A stretch of 44,741 nucleotides of DNA, from positions 9,216,576-9,261,316 of the forward strand of contig NC_068981.1 in assembly GCF_001194135.2 (NCBI RefSeq), in the 5' to 3' direction. Under the pieces are notes generated by a model. It did no database searches and had not been told where the DNA came from. It was given only the letters and a program-made list of their open reading frames with translations. Origin of the DNA: Octopus bimaculoides. Taxonomy: Eukaryota. The position numbers and the translations under genes are program-made. Shown piece after piece: positions 1-11,620 of this stretch. The stretch's first letter is position 1. Each line of letters begins with the position of its first letter.

Positions 1-67
1 GTTACGTGTAAGGATGTGCGTGTGTGGAGGGGAGAAGTGAGATTGCAAGTAATAACTCGCTGCATAA

Positions 68-132
68 ACAACAGCAGTAAAAGTAACAACAACACAAACA
101 ACAACAACAACAACAGCAGCAGCAGCAGCAGC
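68..132 (+). repeat. (CAA)n/(CAG)n trinucleotide microsatellite
   Basis: Direct reading. Confidence 0.9.
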
Positions 133-258
133 AAAGGTAAGAGCAGCAGGTACGACTTCGCAGGTGAAGGTCGACAGAGTGATTAAACAGATCGATACGA
201 TATCTGAATCTATGAAGCGAGGTTGTAGATATGTAAACCGCCGATCATTTTCGTGACT

Positions 259-500
259 CTGTGTGTGTGTGTGTGCGCGCGCGCTAATTTTTTTTTCTTT
301 ATTTTGTTAATATATGAAGTTGTGTCTGTCCTCCTCACCATTTACATGCAAACGTGCTTGCATGTATGTGTTTATGTGCATGGACTTATGCGTGTATGCT
401 TATATGAGTGTTTGCGTATATATGTACGCACACATACATTTGTATGCATGCGTGTATGTATTTACACATGTATACATGTGCGCATGCATGGATCTTATTG
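259..500. repeat. (TG)n(CG)n run and TG/TA-rich low-complexity tract
   Basis: Direct reading. Confidence 0.85.
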
Positions 501-544
501 AATATGTGGATCTTATTACACTCTAAACTTTATGAATGTTTTAC

Positions 545-1060
545 ATATTTTGACAGTGCCTCTGACTGTTTATGGCTGTAATTTTCTGATCAGACGCCTT
601 CTCTGTGGTTTTGTCAAACTCAGCTTCTCAAGATTGGTACTAAGTCACCAATAATTATTGGCAGAAATCTAAACTTATGATCCAGATGGAGTAACTACAA
701 TTTCTCATCAGTTCGTCGTAGATGTTCTCTTTTTCATTTATTTTTAACCCTCGGTTCACAAATGCTGGACAACTGATCTCAACTGTTGTGCATAGTTTCC
801 AACCTCTGTCTCAGATCATTATGTCTGGTCTGTTCTGCTTATATTTTATTGAAGTCTTGACAGATATATTATACCTGTTTTCTTTCATATTAGATCCTGT
901 CCTCCACATCACTGTAGCTTCTTATATTTGTCTCCTCGGGATTATCTTACCTACGGATTTCATTATGTAATGTTCTAATCACATCATGTCCCGTAAGTAG
1001 GTAATACTGCGATGATATTAATGGGTAGCTACTTATGATGTTGGTGACATCCTAAATATT
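545..1060 (-). mobile_element. Degenerate 3' end of an RLE non-LTR retrotransposon (R4/Dong-like)
   Basis: Minus-strand translation QNRPDIMI*DRGWKLCTTVEISCPA...EKENIY is the restriction-like endonuclease motif. Confidence 0.7.
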
Positions 1061-1205
1061 AATTCTACAGAGACTGCAGCGTTTATAGTATCAAAGTGAT
1101 TTACTTACATTCCTATGCATGTCGTACATCAGATATTTTGTTGTTATTTCCTGCTCTTGTATTGCAAAAGTATATCTTCCCAAGTGAGAGCAATATCCTG
1201 GTTGT

Positions 1206-1295
1206 ATGCATGTATGTATGTATGTATGTACGTACGTACGTACGTACGTACGTATGTATGTATGTATGTATATATGTATGTATGTATGTATGTAT
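1206..1295. repeat. (TATG)n/(TACG)n tetranucleotide microsatellite
   Basis: Direct reading. Confidence 0.9.
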
Positions 1296-1539
1296 CTTCT
1301 ATTTTTTAATTATTATAAATCTTCCACTGAGGAGGGAGCCGGTATCCAACAAAGATACAAGGCTCCATCTTTGGGATGTAGTCAACACAGACACATTCAC
1401 ATTTGGAACTTGAGAAAAGTCTCGCATATTTTTACTGTTCCACTCTCAGATTACACTTATAATGCACGAATTAGCTGATCAATTTCTCTTTCTGAAAACA
1501 ACAGTTTATCCAGATTCTCCTTTAAGCATTTACTAACAA

Positions 1540-2765
1540 AACCTTGCGCTCCAATTATTATTGGTATGAAAATGAATTCACAATCTAGATATAGAAGCTG
1601 GAGGTTTCGAAACAGTTATCCATAGATATCCTCTTTTTCTTTGATTTTCAAAGAAATATTTATATCTGCAGGGCAGCTAACCTCTATGATGGCACATACC
1701 TTTGCCCCTCTGTCCCAATCGACAATATCCGGCCTGTTATGTTTACTTCTGACAGAAGTTTTGATGGGAATATTCCACCAGTATTCCTTGAGTCGGTGTT
1801 TATGAATGTATTCCATAACAGAGGAATTTTCTAAGTTTAATTTCAGGACAGTCTTTTTGTGGGTGGCATTGTAAATTGTTTTAGCAACAATATCGTGCCG
1901 CATAGGGAGGTAAGTACCTTGACGATATTATCGGACAGCTGCTAATCACATACATGATGTCTTCCACAGAAACACGACATGGCCTACACAAGCTGTTGCA
2001 CCTTGGGATTACAAGAGCGTCACTGTCTCTCTTGTTCACCAGGTACTTTGTGGCAATCTCCTGTTCCTGCATTGCAAACGCATAGCCCTCAAAGTGTGAT
2101 CTGATGTAGTGATCTTTTGTCCAAAAGAGGCTGCGCTTCGTGTCAATTCTACTGTCTTCTTCAAGCTTCCGGGCAACATATCTATGCATGGTCTTTTTTT
2201 TTTGTATGCTGAGTGCTTTCCATCCAAGTCTTCTCTGAAGAGAGCCCAGCTGTTTGGGGACTGTATAGGAGACCATAAGGAAGAGAGTGCTTCTTGAAGA
2301 GCTCACTGCCAACTCGTACACTGTTGCTGTTGTGGCGGACGCCCCCAGGGGAGAAGTGGGCTGGTCCACTACTAATAAATAGTAGACAGATTCAGTAAGT
2401 AGTGTCAGTCATCGAGGTATGCAGTTGGGTCTAGTCACGCAGACGACCAAATACGTCGTCATAATGCAGGACATATCAATGCTCCCTTTACTTTCCAGCA
2501 CTGCATTTATATATTTATTTTTGCTGGTGTTGTTTAGCAGGTGCTGCCTCAGTGATACCATACAACATTCGAAGGCCGTCTGTACTGATCTCAGGCCTCT
2601 ACCACCTTCATTTATTCTTAGGTTGAGCCTGTCAACATCACTGTCTCTCTGGAAGTTCCCAGTTGTTGTCAAGATTTTGCAGGTTTTGATATCTATGGAG
2701 TGGATTTCCTCTACAGACCAATCAAGTATTCCAAATGTTGGGATCAGCACTGGTACTGCAAATGC

Positions 2766-2770
<5 letters not shown>
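1540..2770 (-). mobile_element. Degenerate R4/Dong-like RLE LINE, 3' part
   Basis: DRLNLRINEGGRGL, EGYAFAMQEQEIAT, CCHC-like C..C...EDIMYVISSC and KHNRPDIV..IIEVSCP. Frameshifted. Confidence 0.8.
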
Positions 2771-2796
<26 letters not shown>

Positions 2797-3606
2797 NNNN
2801 NNNNNNNNNNNNNNNNNNNNNNNNNNNNNNNNNNNNNNNNNNNNNNNNNNNNNNNNNNNNNNNNNNNNNNNNNNNNNNNNNNNNNNNNNNNNNNNNNNNN
2901 NNNNNNNNNNNNNNNNNNNNNNNNNNNNNNNNNNNNNNNNNNNNNNNNNNNNNNNNNNNNNNNNNNNNNNNNNNNNNNNNNNNNNNNNNNNNNNNNNNNN
3001 NNNNNNNNNNNNNNNNNNNNNNNNNNNNNNNNNNNNNNNNNNNNNNNNNNNNNNNNNNNNNNNNNNNNNNNNNNNNNNNNNNNNNNNNNNNNNNNNNNNN
3101 NNNNNNNNNNNNNNNNNNNNNNNNNNNNNNNNNNNNNNNNNNNNNNNNNNNNNNNNNNNNNNNNNNNNNNNNNNNNNNNNNNNNNNNNNNNNNNNNNNNN
3201 NNNNNNNNNNNNNNNNNNNNNNNNNNNNNNNNNNNNNNNNNNNNNNNNNNNNNNNNNNNNNNNNNNNNNNNNNNNNNNNNNNNNNNNNNNNNNNNNNNNN
3301 NNNNNNNNNNNNNNNNNNNNNNNNNNNNNNNNNNNNNNNNNNNNNNNNNNNNNNNNNNNNNNNNNNNNNNNNNNNNNNNNNNNNNNNNNNNNNNNNNNNN
3401 NNNNNNNNNNNNNNNNNNNNNNNNNNNNNNNNNNNNNNNNNNNNNNNNNNNNNNNNNNNNNNNNNNNNNNNNNNNNNNNNNNNNNNNNNNNNNNNNNNNN
3501 NNNNNNNNNNNNNNNNNNNNNNNNNNNNNNNNNNNNNNNNNNNNNNNNNNNNNNNNNNNNNNNNNNNNNNNNNNNNNNNNNNNNNNNNNNNNNNNNNNNN
3601 NNNNNN
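2797..3606. other. Assembly gap flanked by (GT)n and (AC)n microsatellites
   Basis: Run of N. This is the largest gap in the window. Confidence 0.99.
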
Positions 3607-3647
<41 letters not shown>

Positions 3648-3744
3648 TGCTCAGTTATAATAAAAACAATTTTACATTCATCGGACAGGTTACTCTATAC
3701 TCTTGTAGAGTACAAATTTATTCGTCTTAAGCAAGAATATTATT

Positions 3745-5650
3745 GACAGTGACTTCGAAGTGTCGGCCATCTAAGCCATCGTCTGACTGCGATGCAATGA
3801 AGTTAATTTTGATTCTTTACAGTTTCTGTGGGGCTAAAATCTTCCTTGGGTGTATAGGGTTGAGTGGGGTGGTAATTAGGTTTTAGGGTGGGTTGTTATG
3901 GAGAGGTGTTTTGAAGAAGTTTTTGTTGATTAAATTTGTGGTTATGTTATTGTTTAGAATTTATTCGTGTATTTAGAGCTTTGTGAGAATATTTAGGTAT
4001 GTTCCTTTTGGTAGGTATTATATGAATTTTCAGTAGTTTTAGTTATTTTTTTGGTTTTGTTGGATTTGACCCCTTGCTTTGACAATGTAATGGTCAAAAA
4101 TTCGGAGTTTAGTCCAGTATTTGAAATCTTAGTAACTGAGAGAGTCAAGTGTTTGGTAATAGAATCTTGGTAAAAGAATGTTAGCAGTCGGTATTGTTGC
4201 AGTCATTTAGGGTGTTTCCCTTATTTATTTGGAAGGTAAGGGTAGTTAGTTAGCTATGTCATGATGTTGTTAATATAGAAATGTGTTTATCTTGTGCTTT
4301 GATGTTCATAAAAGGATTTGGATAGGTGTGAAGGCTGTTGGCCTGTACGTTTCTCTTTAGGGATTTATTGCTCCATAAGCAATTTGATTAATATGAAGAA
4401 ATTTTAACCTGTGCTATGGAGGTAGAATATGTGCGCCATGTGTTTCAATCCTGTTTCAAACGTGAGTATTTTATAAAATATTATCTTAAGCCTCTGCATA
4501 TATGCGAAAGTGGGGATTTATAAAAGGTGTATATATACTCATGTATAAAAAAGGAAATGAAAATAAAATTTAATTTAAAAAGAATTTATTTCAAAATTTG
4601 AAATTTAAAATTAAAAAAGAAATGGTTATTCTAAGTTGCTTGCATGCAAGCATTTATTTTTATGAGTGTTTATGTAGGTAACCCTAATTATAAAATCTTT
4701 TGTGAAGATTTTGGTTGGAGATAAGGAAACTTTTGGATAACTTCCATAGTAGTTGTTTAGTGTAAAGCCGTAAAAGTGTTTTTTATGTATATTATGGGGG
4801 TACTTCATGGTGTAAGTGGAGGGAGGAGAACTGGTAAATATTTACATGTTTATCCGTCAAAAAAATATTAGTGTGAAATGTTTTAGCGTTTTTAAGAGTT
4901 TGTGCTTGCATGAATGGATATTAGTTCAGAGTTTCGGTTCAGAACTTGGTTCTTCAATGTGAGAATGTGGTAAGATTCTTCAATGTGAGAATGTAGAAGT
5001 TGGTAGGTTCGTCATTACCTTTGTATGGTTGTGTGTGTGATATTTTCCAAATGATGCTAAATGGAGTATTTTTTTTATTTTAATGTCCATATATGTTTGG
5101 ATAGTGACGTATAATTTTACTTGTTTGGGTTGCGTAATGTGTGTGTATGTTGATTGTAGCGTGTCTTGAACTGCTTTGCTGTCTATTCTATACATAATTA
5201 GATATAGTTGCTGGTGCTGTGCTCGCAGTTACCGTTGCGCTGTACGTGATATTTTTTGAAAGACAGTTTCCTTCAAGAGGGCAGAATTAAGGTGCTCTAT
5301 AATTACAATTGTTATTATGTGAGTGGTTCACGTTTTCACTTTTAGACAATGTTTGGTGATTGTAATTGACTACAGGCTTTTGAAAGTTGTAGGCAGCGGG
5401 GTTTGAGAATTTAACGTTGTGTTTGTTGATTATTTGAAGTTTTTTGTGGTTGGGGTGGAAGATTTTCCTCTTTATCTTCAAATCTCAGAGAAATGTTCTT
5501 TGCTAGGCTTTTGCTTATGTTTTTGGAGTATTTAGATTGCTTTATGTACCAACCGAACTTTTTCGTTATCTTTCTCCTTGTGCTTATAGATGCTGGATTC
5601 CAGGTCGAAGGTAACATCTACGAAGTTTACTGACTGTAGTTGTGTTTCTA
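3745..5650 (-). mobile_element. Degenerate Penelope-like element: GIY-YIG endonuclease, long 3' tail and terminal hammerhead-like motif
   Basis: Frameshifted minus-strand translation CNYR..CPLEGNCLSKNITYSATV...KQFKTRYNQH...TSLSKHIWTLK..PFSIIWKI is a PLE GIY-YIG. KIFHPNHKKLQIINKHNVKFS lies upstream. Confidence 0.8.
3747..3789 (-). ncRNA. Degenerate type I hammerhead ribozyme motif
   Basis: CAGT / CAGACGA / T-GGC..GCC / GACA / palindromic ACTTCGAAGT / C / ACTG. Two core positions are mutated. Confidence 0.6.
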
Positions 5651-5739
5651 TTGTAATAGAGAAGTGCAGGTTTTTAAAGTAGTGATGCAGTTCCTTCTTA
5701 AATTTGTCAGCTTTTTGTGTATATGTACGTGACGTGACT

Positions 5740-6325
5740 CTATCTTTCTGTCTATCTATCTATCTTCTTACCTATCTCCCCCTCTAGTTCTGCTTCCTTC
5801 TGTTGTCCTTGCTTCTCCCCTTCACTGCTATACATATATCTCTCTCTCTTACTCTTCCTCCCTATCTCTCGTCGCTCACCTTTGTTCCACTTCCTCCCTT
5901 TCCCTCTCTCTACCACTCCTCGTTGATCACATGTGACCTGCGGTCACCTCTTCTTTTCTCCCTTCAACCAGCATAAAGGCAAGATGAAACTACTATCTCT
6001 CTCCGTTCAGCTTCGTCACATCACAGCGTTCAATATCTCATCGCGTTTGACCCTACAGCCTTTAATGTTGTTTTCACTGTTTAATTTTTCCTTTCTTGTT
6101 TTTTGTTTGCTACCTTGGAACCCTCTGTTTAGCAGGTTAATCCACTAAGCAGGAAGAGCTATTCTAAGAGCGCGTTGTGCCTCATCTTCGAAACGCCTAG
6201 TTTAGAATAGAGGCAGCTGATGAAGGAAAAGTTCCATAAGTGGCTCGTCTGTTTTCCTATGTGTTCGTTCTGTTGTCTGTAAAAAAGTCCGTTTTTGTAC
6301 TTTATGTTCCCGTTCCTTTTCTGAC
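5740..6325 (+). mobile_element. Pyrimidine-rich, probable PLE-derived 3' remnant with hammerhead-like fragments
   Basis: CT-rich tract followed by CGAAAC (6189) and CTGATGA (6217) with flanking stems. No recognisable ORF. Confidence 0.4.
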
Positions 6326-6420
6326 NNNNNNNNNNATATATATATATATATATATAGTGTACTGTTCCTTGATGGTAAGATCCACAAAAAAGTCCTCCGC
6401 CTGGTGAGAGATAAATGTTA

Positions 6421-6600
6421 TTTAATAAACACAAAATAGGTTTTTATGTGCTGCGATTAGTTTCATGTATTCAGTGCATGCCAGACAGTATTTTTTAGCA
6501 CGTCTGGTGGACACCAGACATGTTAAAAAATACTGTCTGGCATGCTTTCATCGCGTGAAACTAATAGCAGCGCATAAAAATATATATTGTGTTTATTAAA
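6421..6600. repeat. About 180-bp imperfect palindrome (foldback/MITE-like)
   Basis: tttaataaacacaa...ttgtgtttattaaa outer arms, with gcatgccagacagtatttttta/taaaaaatactgtctggcatgc inside. Centre near 6510. Confidence 0.85.
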
Positions 6601-6609
6601 TTATATATA

Positions 6610-6680
6610 ATTCCCAAAACCAAAATCCACTCACAAAGCTTTTGGTCGGACCGAGGCTATAGCAGAAGACACCTACCCAC
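6610..6680 (-). mobile_element. tRNA-derived SINE fragment
   Basis: Similar to the body of the SINE copy at 42690-42990. Confidence 0.55.
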
Positions 6681-7624
6681 GTATATACAACCAATGAACA
6701 TAAATATATAATCATTCATTATTACTCGAGTTTACAAAAGTAAAACAGTTAAGAGATGAAACTAGTTTCACAGAAGTAAACAATTTTAAATCAGGTTTTG
6801 TCTCATGTGGAATAGCAAATATTCTGATTTCAAACAATGCCTCACAAATATAGTATGCTGAATTCAGAGAGGTTACCAAAGTGTAGGACTGCCATCATAT
6901 TACATTCAGTTCGCGATTCCTAAAAATGAATGGACAAGTTAAGAATGAAATGAAAGCTATGTACGCAACTCCTTATAAATTGTCGTTTGGGGACAAATTT
7001 GTCTACATCATGTCAGCTATTGTACCCCCATGCATAAAAGACATCTAAAGTTCGGGATGTACCGCTAAGTGCCAAAGGCTACAAAAAAGTGTTATGACCA
7101 ATACGCAGGAAAAGCACCTGCACCGTTTGAACCTGGGGACCAGGTACGAATACATATAAATGAAAAGCTTGGATACCATCAACACTCAGAGATAAAAGTG
7201 ATAAACTGAGATTGTGTTTGGTTAAGACAACAACCGAGAAGAAATACAAAAGAAATTGATGAGACATTGAACCATGCAAAGAGATTGAGAGTCAATTCAG
7301 AGAACTTTACATTTGTCCGATGAAACCAACTATTTCTAGCAATAAAATGTTCCTCCTCTCTTTGCGGCCGATGCGAAACAACCTCTGCTGTGTGGATCTA
7401 GTGGCGCTAAGATCGCACTATGAAACCCGTAGTTCCCCACCTTTATTTTTTTCTCTCTTCTCCCTTATCTCATCAACCCAAGCGCGTTATATTTCTCTCC
7501 CCATCAAAACCATGACAATCGCATCTGAAGGGATTGATATCAGATCAGTATCTACAAAGTTGGGCCGTTGGCGACTAAACCGAGAACCCTTCAGATTATT
7601 ATCTGTAAGGAAGGTGTTTCTGTT

Positions 7625-8870
7625 AGGAAATATGAAGATTTTCCAGGGAGATGCGCTATCTCCGTTACTCTTCATCATTGTGTTAATCCTTCTGTCAAGT
7701 ACACTGAAAAAAATCCAGGTCTGGCTCTGAGTTTACCAAAACCCTGGTGAAAAATCAATCACCTGCTGTGTATGGATAACCTCAAGCTATATACAAAAAG
7801 TAAAAAAGACCTGGATTTCCGAATCCAAACAGTAAAAGTATTCAGCAAAGATACTGGAATGCGGTTTGAGGTAAATAAATTCACAGTGTTGATCATGAAG
7901 GATTAACACACAAAATAATCACAAGACAATATCATTGGACCTCTATTGAATAATGGGGGGATAGAAGTATCTTGGGGTGCTTCAAGAGGATAGGATAATA
8001 GAAGGAGAAAATGAATAAGAAAGTCACTAAAGAGTACAAGAGAAGCCTTAAAGAGGGTACAATTTTAAATGGAAGGAATATCGTTAAATAATAAATACAT
8101 GGTCTATGCCAGCATTAAGATGTTCTGCTGAAATAGGAAAAAGGTTCGAAATTTAGGTAGAAATTTAGGGTAGCTGCATGAATTGCACAATGCACCCCAC
8201 CCTAAAAGTAACACCGACAGACTCTACCTACCAAGAAAGGAAGGAGGCAGAAAGATACCATTAATACTACCATTTTAGGGTTGAAAAATGATGATGTACG
8301 TAGTGAAGAAAGACTATTATCAGCAGCTAGAAATGTCCAAAAAATATTATCGACTCAGTAGGAGAATTAAAGAACAAAAAGAAAAATAAAAGAGCAAGCA
8401 GAGGGAAAGAAAGAGAATGACATGGCCGATTCATGCAACAAACCAAGAATTGGAAGTAAACTGGCTGACCGACAGGAGCCTGAAGGGAGAAACTAAAGTG
8501 CTAATTATAACCGATCAAGAAAAAAACATTAGGACAAAAACTGACAAACCTCAGAGAACAAACGCAGAATCTGTAGGAAAGGAGACGAAAGTATTAACCA
8601 TTTTTTGAGTGAATGCACTAAGCTAGCACGAAAACAGTATAAACGCAAATCTGACTGTATATAAAAGAATGCATTGGGACGTTAGCCGAGTATGTGGGTT
8701 CGAAATGACAGAAAAACAGTATGAACATGAAGCAGAGGCTGTAGCAGAGAACAGGAATTATGGGATTTTACGGGTCTTTCCCCATAAAGACTGATCATTC
8801 CACTGAAGCAAGGAGGCCAAATATGATTATAAAAGACAAAAAGAAACAAATGTAGTTGATAACATTAATA
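7625..8870 (+). mobile_element. Degenerate R4/Dong-like LINE (RT to RLE)
   Basis: IFQGDALSPLLFII, INHLLCMDNLKLY, DRLYLPRKEGG, C..C...ESINH.LSEC and a degenerate RP(D/N)..I motif. Confidence 0.8.
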
Positions 8871-8879
8871 GCTAGGTCA

Positions 8880-10380
8880 CATTCGCCAGCAGACTTCGTA
8901 AAGCTTGTGTTGTGGAGGGAATTGGTAAATTCCAGGATTTTCCTACTAAAATATATATCGTGATGCATTTGTCTACAGCCAGCTTGAGTTGCCTATCAGC
9001 AATCCATTTCTGCATTGTTTCCAGGTCAGTTTGCAGGAAAGATCTATAGCGTAGAGGACATGTTTTTGTTTTTTGTTTTTCTTTTTGTTTTTTATCTCAA
9101 GGTACAGCTTAATGTTGTCTGCATATTTTAACATAATAACATGCTTCGAGTTGGCTTCTATTTTGTTAATATATGCTACAAGCAATAGGGAACCAAGAAC
9201 ATATCCCTATGGGACATCAAATGTTGGTTCACAAGGTGCAGAACGTTAACCTAGTGCTGTGACTACCTCATTTGAACAAAGAATCATGGACGAGTTATAA
9301 AGATTACCTCTCACTTCCATTGCAGAGTGTTTCGACATAAATCGTTTGTGTGGCACAGAATTAGACTTTGACGAAGTCGAGATAGATAACATCTACCCAT
9401 GAACAAGATTACAAGAATTCTAGAGGTTCAAAGTATTTTTCTGACACAAGATTCCATTAATTTGGTGAGACAGTTTGTGAGACTGATTGGACAGTAATTG
9501 AGAGGTGATGTGTCGTCATATTTCTTGAGCATGGAATAACATTGGCAGTATTCCAGTTCTGGAGTAACACAGTTACCTTAAGACAGAACAGGGAGTTGAG
9601 TGAAAGTTGGTACAGTAGAAAGAGGCCTCCACATTTAACAAGCAGATAAATAACACCAAGACCAGGGGAAGTATAGTTGCACTTACGCTTGAAGTGAAAT
9701 CGCAGTATTGCAAGAGAAAATCGATATAGTTTATGTAATTTGGTGTCAGTCGCAGTAAAGATGATACGATTGACCTATGTAGGGATTGCAGAGAGAACTG
9801 ACTGGAGAGTGTTTTGAACACACATATCTCCAGGACAATTTACTATCCAGGTTGGTTGCTATGTTCAAGTACTGCTTTTGTTAGTCACCTGCTTGATATG
9901 GTTGATTGCTCTGTTGCACCTCCTGTTTATTTTCTATTCGATTTAATTAGTATTCACGTTCAGCATCTCATTGTGCTTTTCTGACAAGTCTCAATGTTGC
10001 AGTCTCTCAAATTGTGCTTTGCAGGATTCTAACGCCTTTATATGGTACTGATACTTCACATGTGGCCCAGATTAAATTGAAGATGTATTCAAGGCTAGTA
10101 TTGACATTTCGAGAACCATAAAATACCGGCCAGTTTGGCTGCAGTAACTCAGTACAAAAAGAGTTACAGTCAGCATTGTTACGATCAAATTAAACAATTT
10201 GGAGAAGGTCTTTTCTTTTCTCTCGGTCCAAAAGTGACAAATTGGCAATGATTCTAGTGAGATGAGAGCTGGCTAAAAGTGCCTCAGTCGTGAAACTGAT
10301 AAGTTTCTGGAGTAATGGTCAACAACAGATCCAAAGTGTTGTGATTTCTTGTGGAGGATGTGACCACTTGGGACCAGTTT
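8880..10380 (-). mobile_element. Degenerate CR1-like LINE RT region
   Basis: PISLTNCLTKLME, VDVIYLDFVK, VP*GYVLGSLLLVAYIN and YADNIKLY on the minus strand. Confidence 0.7.
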
Positions 10381-10435
10381 GACTCCGGTCAAGGAAATCA
10401 TTTGCACTTTGTAGGGTTTGAGGGGTTTTCTGATC

Positions 10436-11620
10436 ATCATCATCATCATTTAACGTTCATTGTCCATGCTGGCATGGGTTGTACGGTTTGACTAGAGCTG
10501 GCAGGCGAGGGAGCTGCACTAGACTCCAGTCTGATTTGGAATGGTTTCTCACAGTTGAATGCCCTTCCTAATGCCAACCATTTTAGTGTGTGTTGAGTGC
10601 TTTTACGTGATCCCGCACGGGTGCCGCCACGAGTGCTTTTTACGTGATATTAGTACAGGATTCTTGCAGGTCAATCCTTACCACCAGGGAGACCGGTCTT
10701 AACACTTCTGCTGCAGAGCACGGGTCTTCCTGAGTACAAGCAAAGCGCCAGACATCTTGGTCCTTTGTCATCTCGCCTGAAAGGTTCTGCGTCTTGAGGT
10801 CGCCATTCAGTACTTCATCCTAGGTCTTCCTGGGTCTCCCACTTCCACGTGTTCCATCTACTTTGAGAGATTGGCACTTCCTTATGGAGCTGTCGGCATC
10901 CATCCACATCACATGACCGAACCAGCATAGTCTTCTCTCTTGCTCACAACAAACAATTCCTCTTATGCCTAACTTCTCTCTCAAAACATTAACACTGTCA
11001 AACATGTACACTTACATTACACATCCAACAGAGCATATTGACCTCAGCTTCATTCCAACCTCACCTTCACATGTCCTCTGCATTCAGGATCCACATCTCA
11101 CTACCATGTAGAATTGCTGTTCCTATACATGCATCATACAATCTTCCATTCACTCAGAGAGAGAAACCTTTCGTAGCCAACAACGGTAACAGCTCTCTGA
11201 ATTTCCTCCATCCTATTCTTATTCTAGCTATTACACTCTCTATGCATCCTCCCCGCTACTAATTTGGTACCCTGGGTAGCAGAAATTATTTACTACCTCT
11301 AATGAGTGACCAAGGCATTTGAGAGAATCAATTTTCTGAGTCTCTAGAATTTTTATGGATCCTGTGCATTTTCCACATACAAACACCACCTTCTCTGATA
11401 ACCTTCTGATTAATCCACTGTACCTCTTGTGTGCCCAAAGCTTACACTGGTTACACTACATGGAGTTCCTGCCAACACCTTTCCTACAAATCAAACAGTG
11501 TCACATTCAAATCACCAGCATGAAAAGACAAGTAGCTGTTTTCTTAGATACAACTCTGAGAAAGTCAAAAAGCAGTCTTGATGGGGTAACTTGTGGGATG
11601 ATAAACAACTCCAAGTAAAA
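10436..11620 (-). mobile_element. RTE LINE 3' portion with (GAT)n tail
   Basis: RRLCWFGHVMWM..C..LKVDGTRGSGRPRKT, followed by the family 3' UTR and a CAT repeat. Confidence 0.85.

Noticed and set aside
1-186. Open frame with poly-N/poly-S and a donor-like AAG|GTAAGA at about 135
   Set aside because: No ATG, acceptor or recognisable domain in the window. It is explained by the CAA/CAG microsatellite. A partial exon of a neighbouring gene cannot be excluded.
259-283. (TG)n(CG)n Z-DNA-prone run and (TACG)n palindromic run at 1228-1252 as functional elements
   Set aside because: Ordinary microsatellites in a genome full of them, with no supporting context.
2409-3746. Long ORFs of 300-413 aa in the ORF track
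   Set aside because: Artefacts of reading through N gaps and (GT)n repeats. The same applies to ORFs over 21526-22325, 29144-29762 and 34511-35338.
3800-4950. Mitochondrial insertion (NUMT), suggested by GT skew
   Set aside because: No mitochondrial protein, tRNA or rRNA motif was recognised, and it is bracketed by PLE features.
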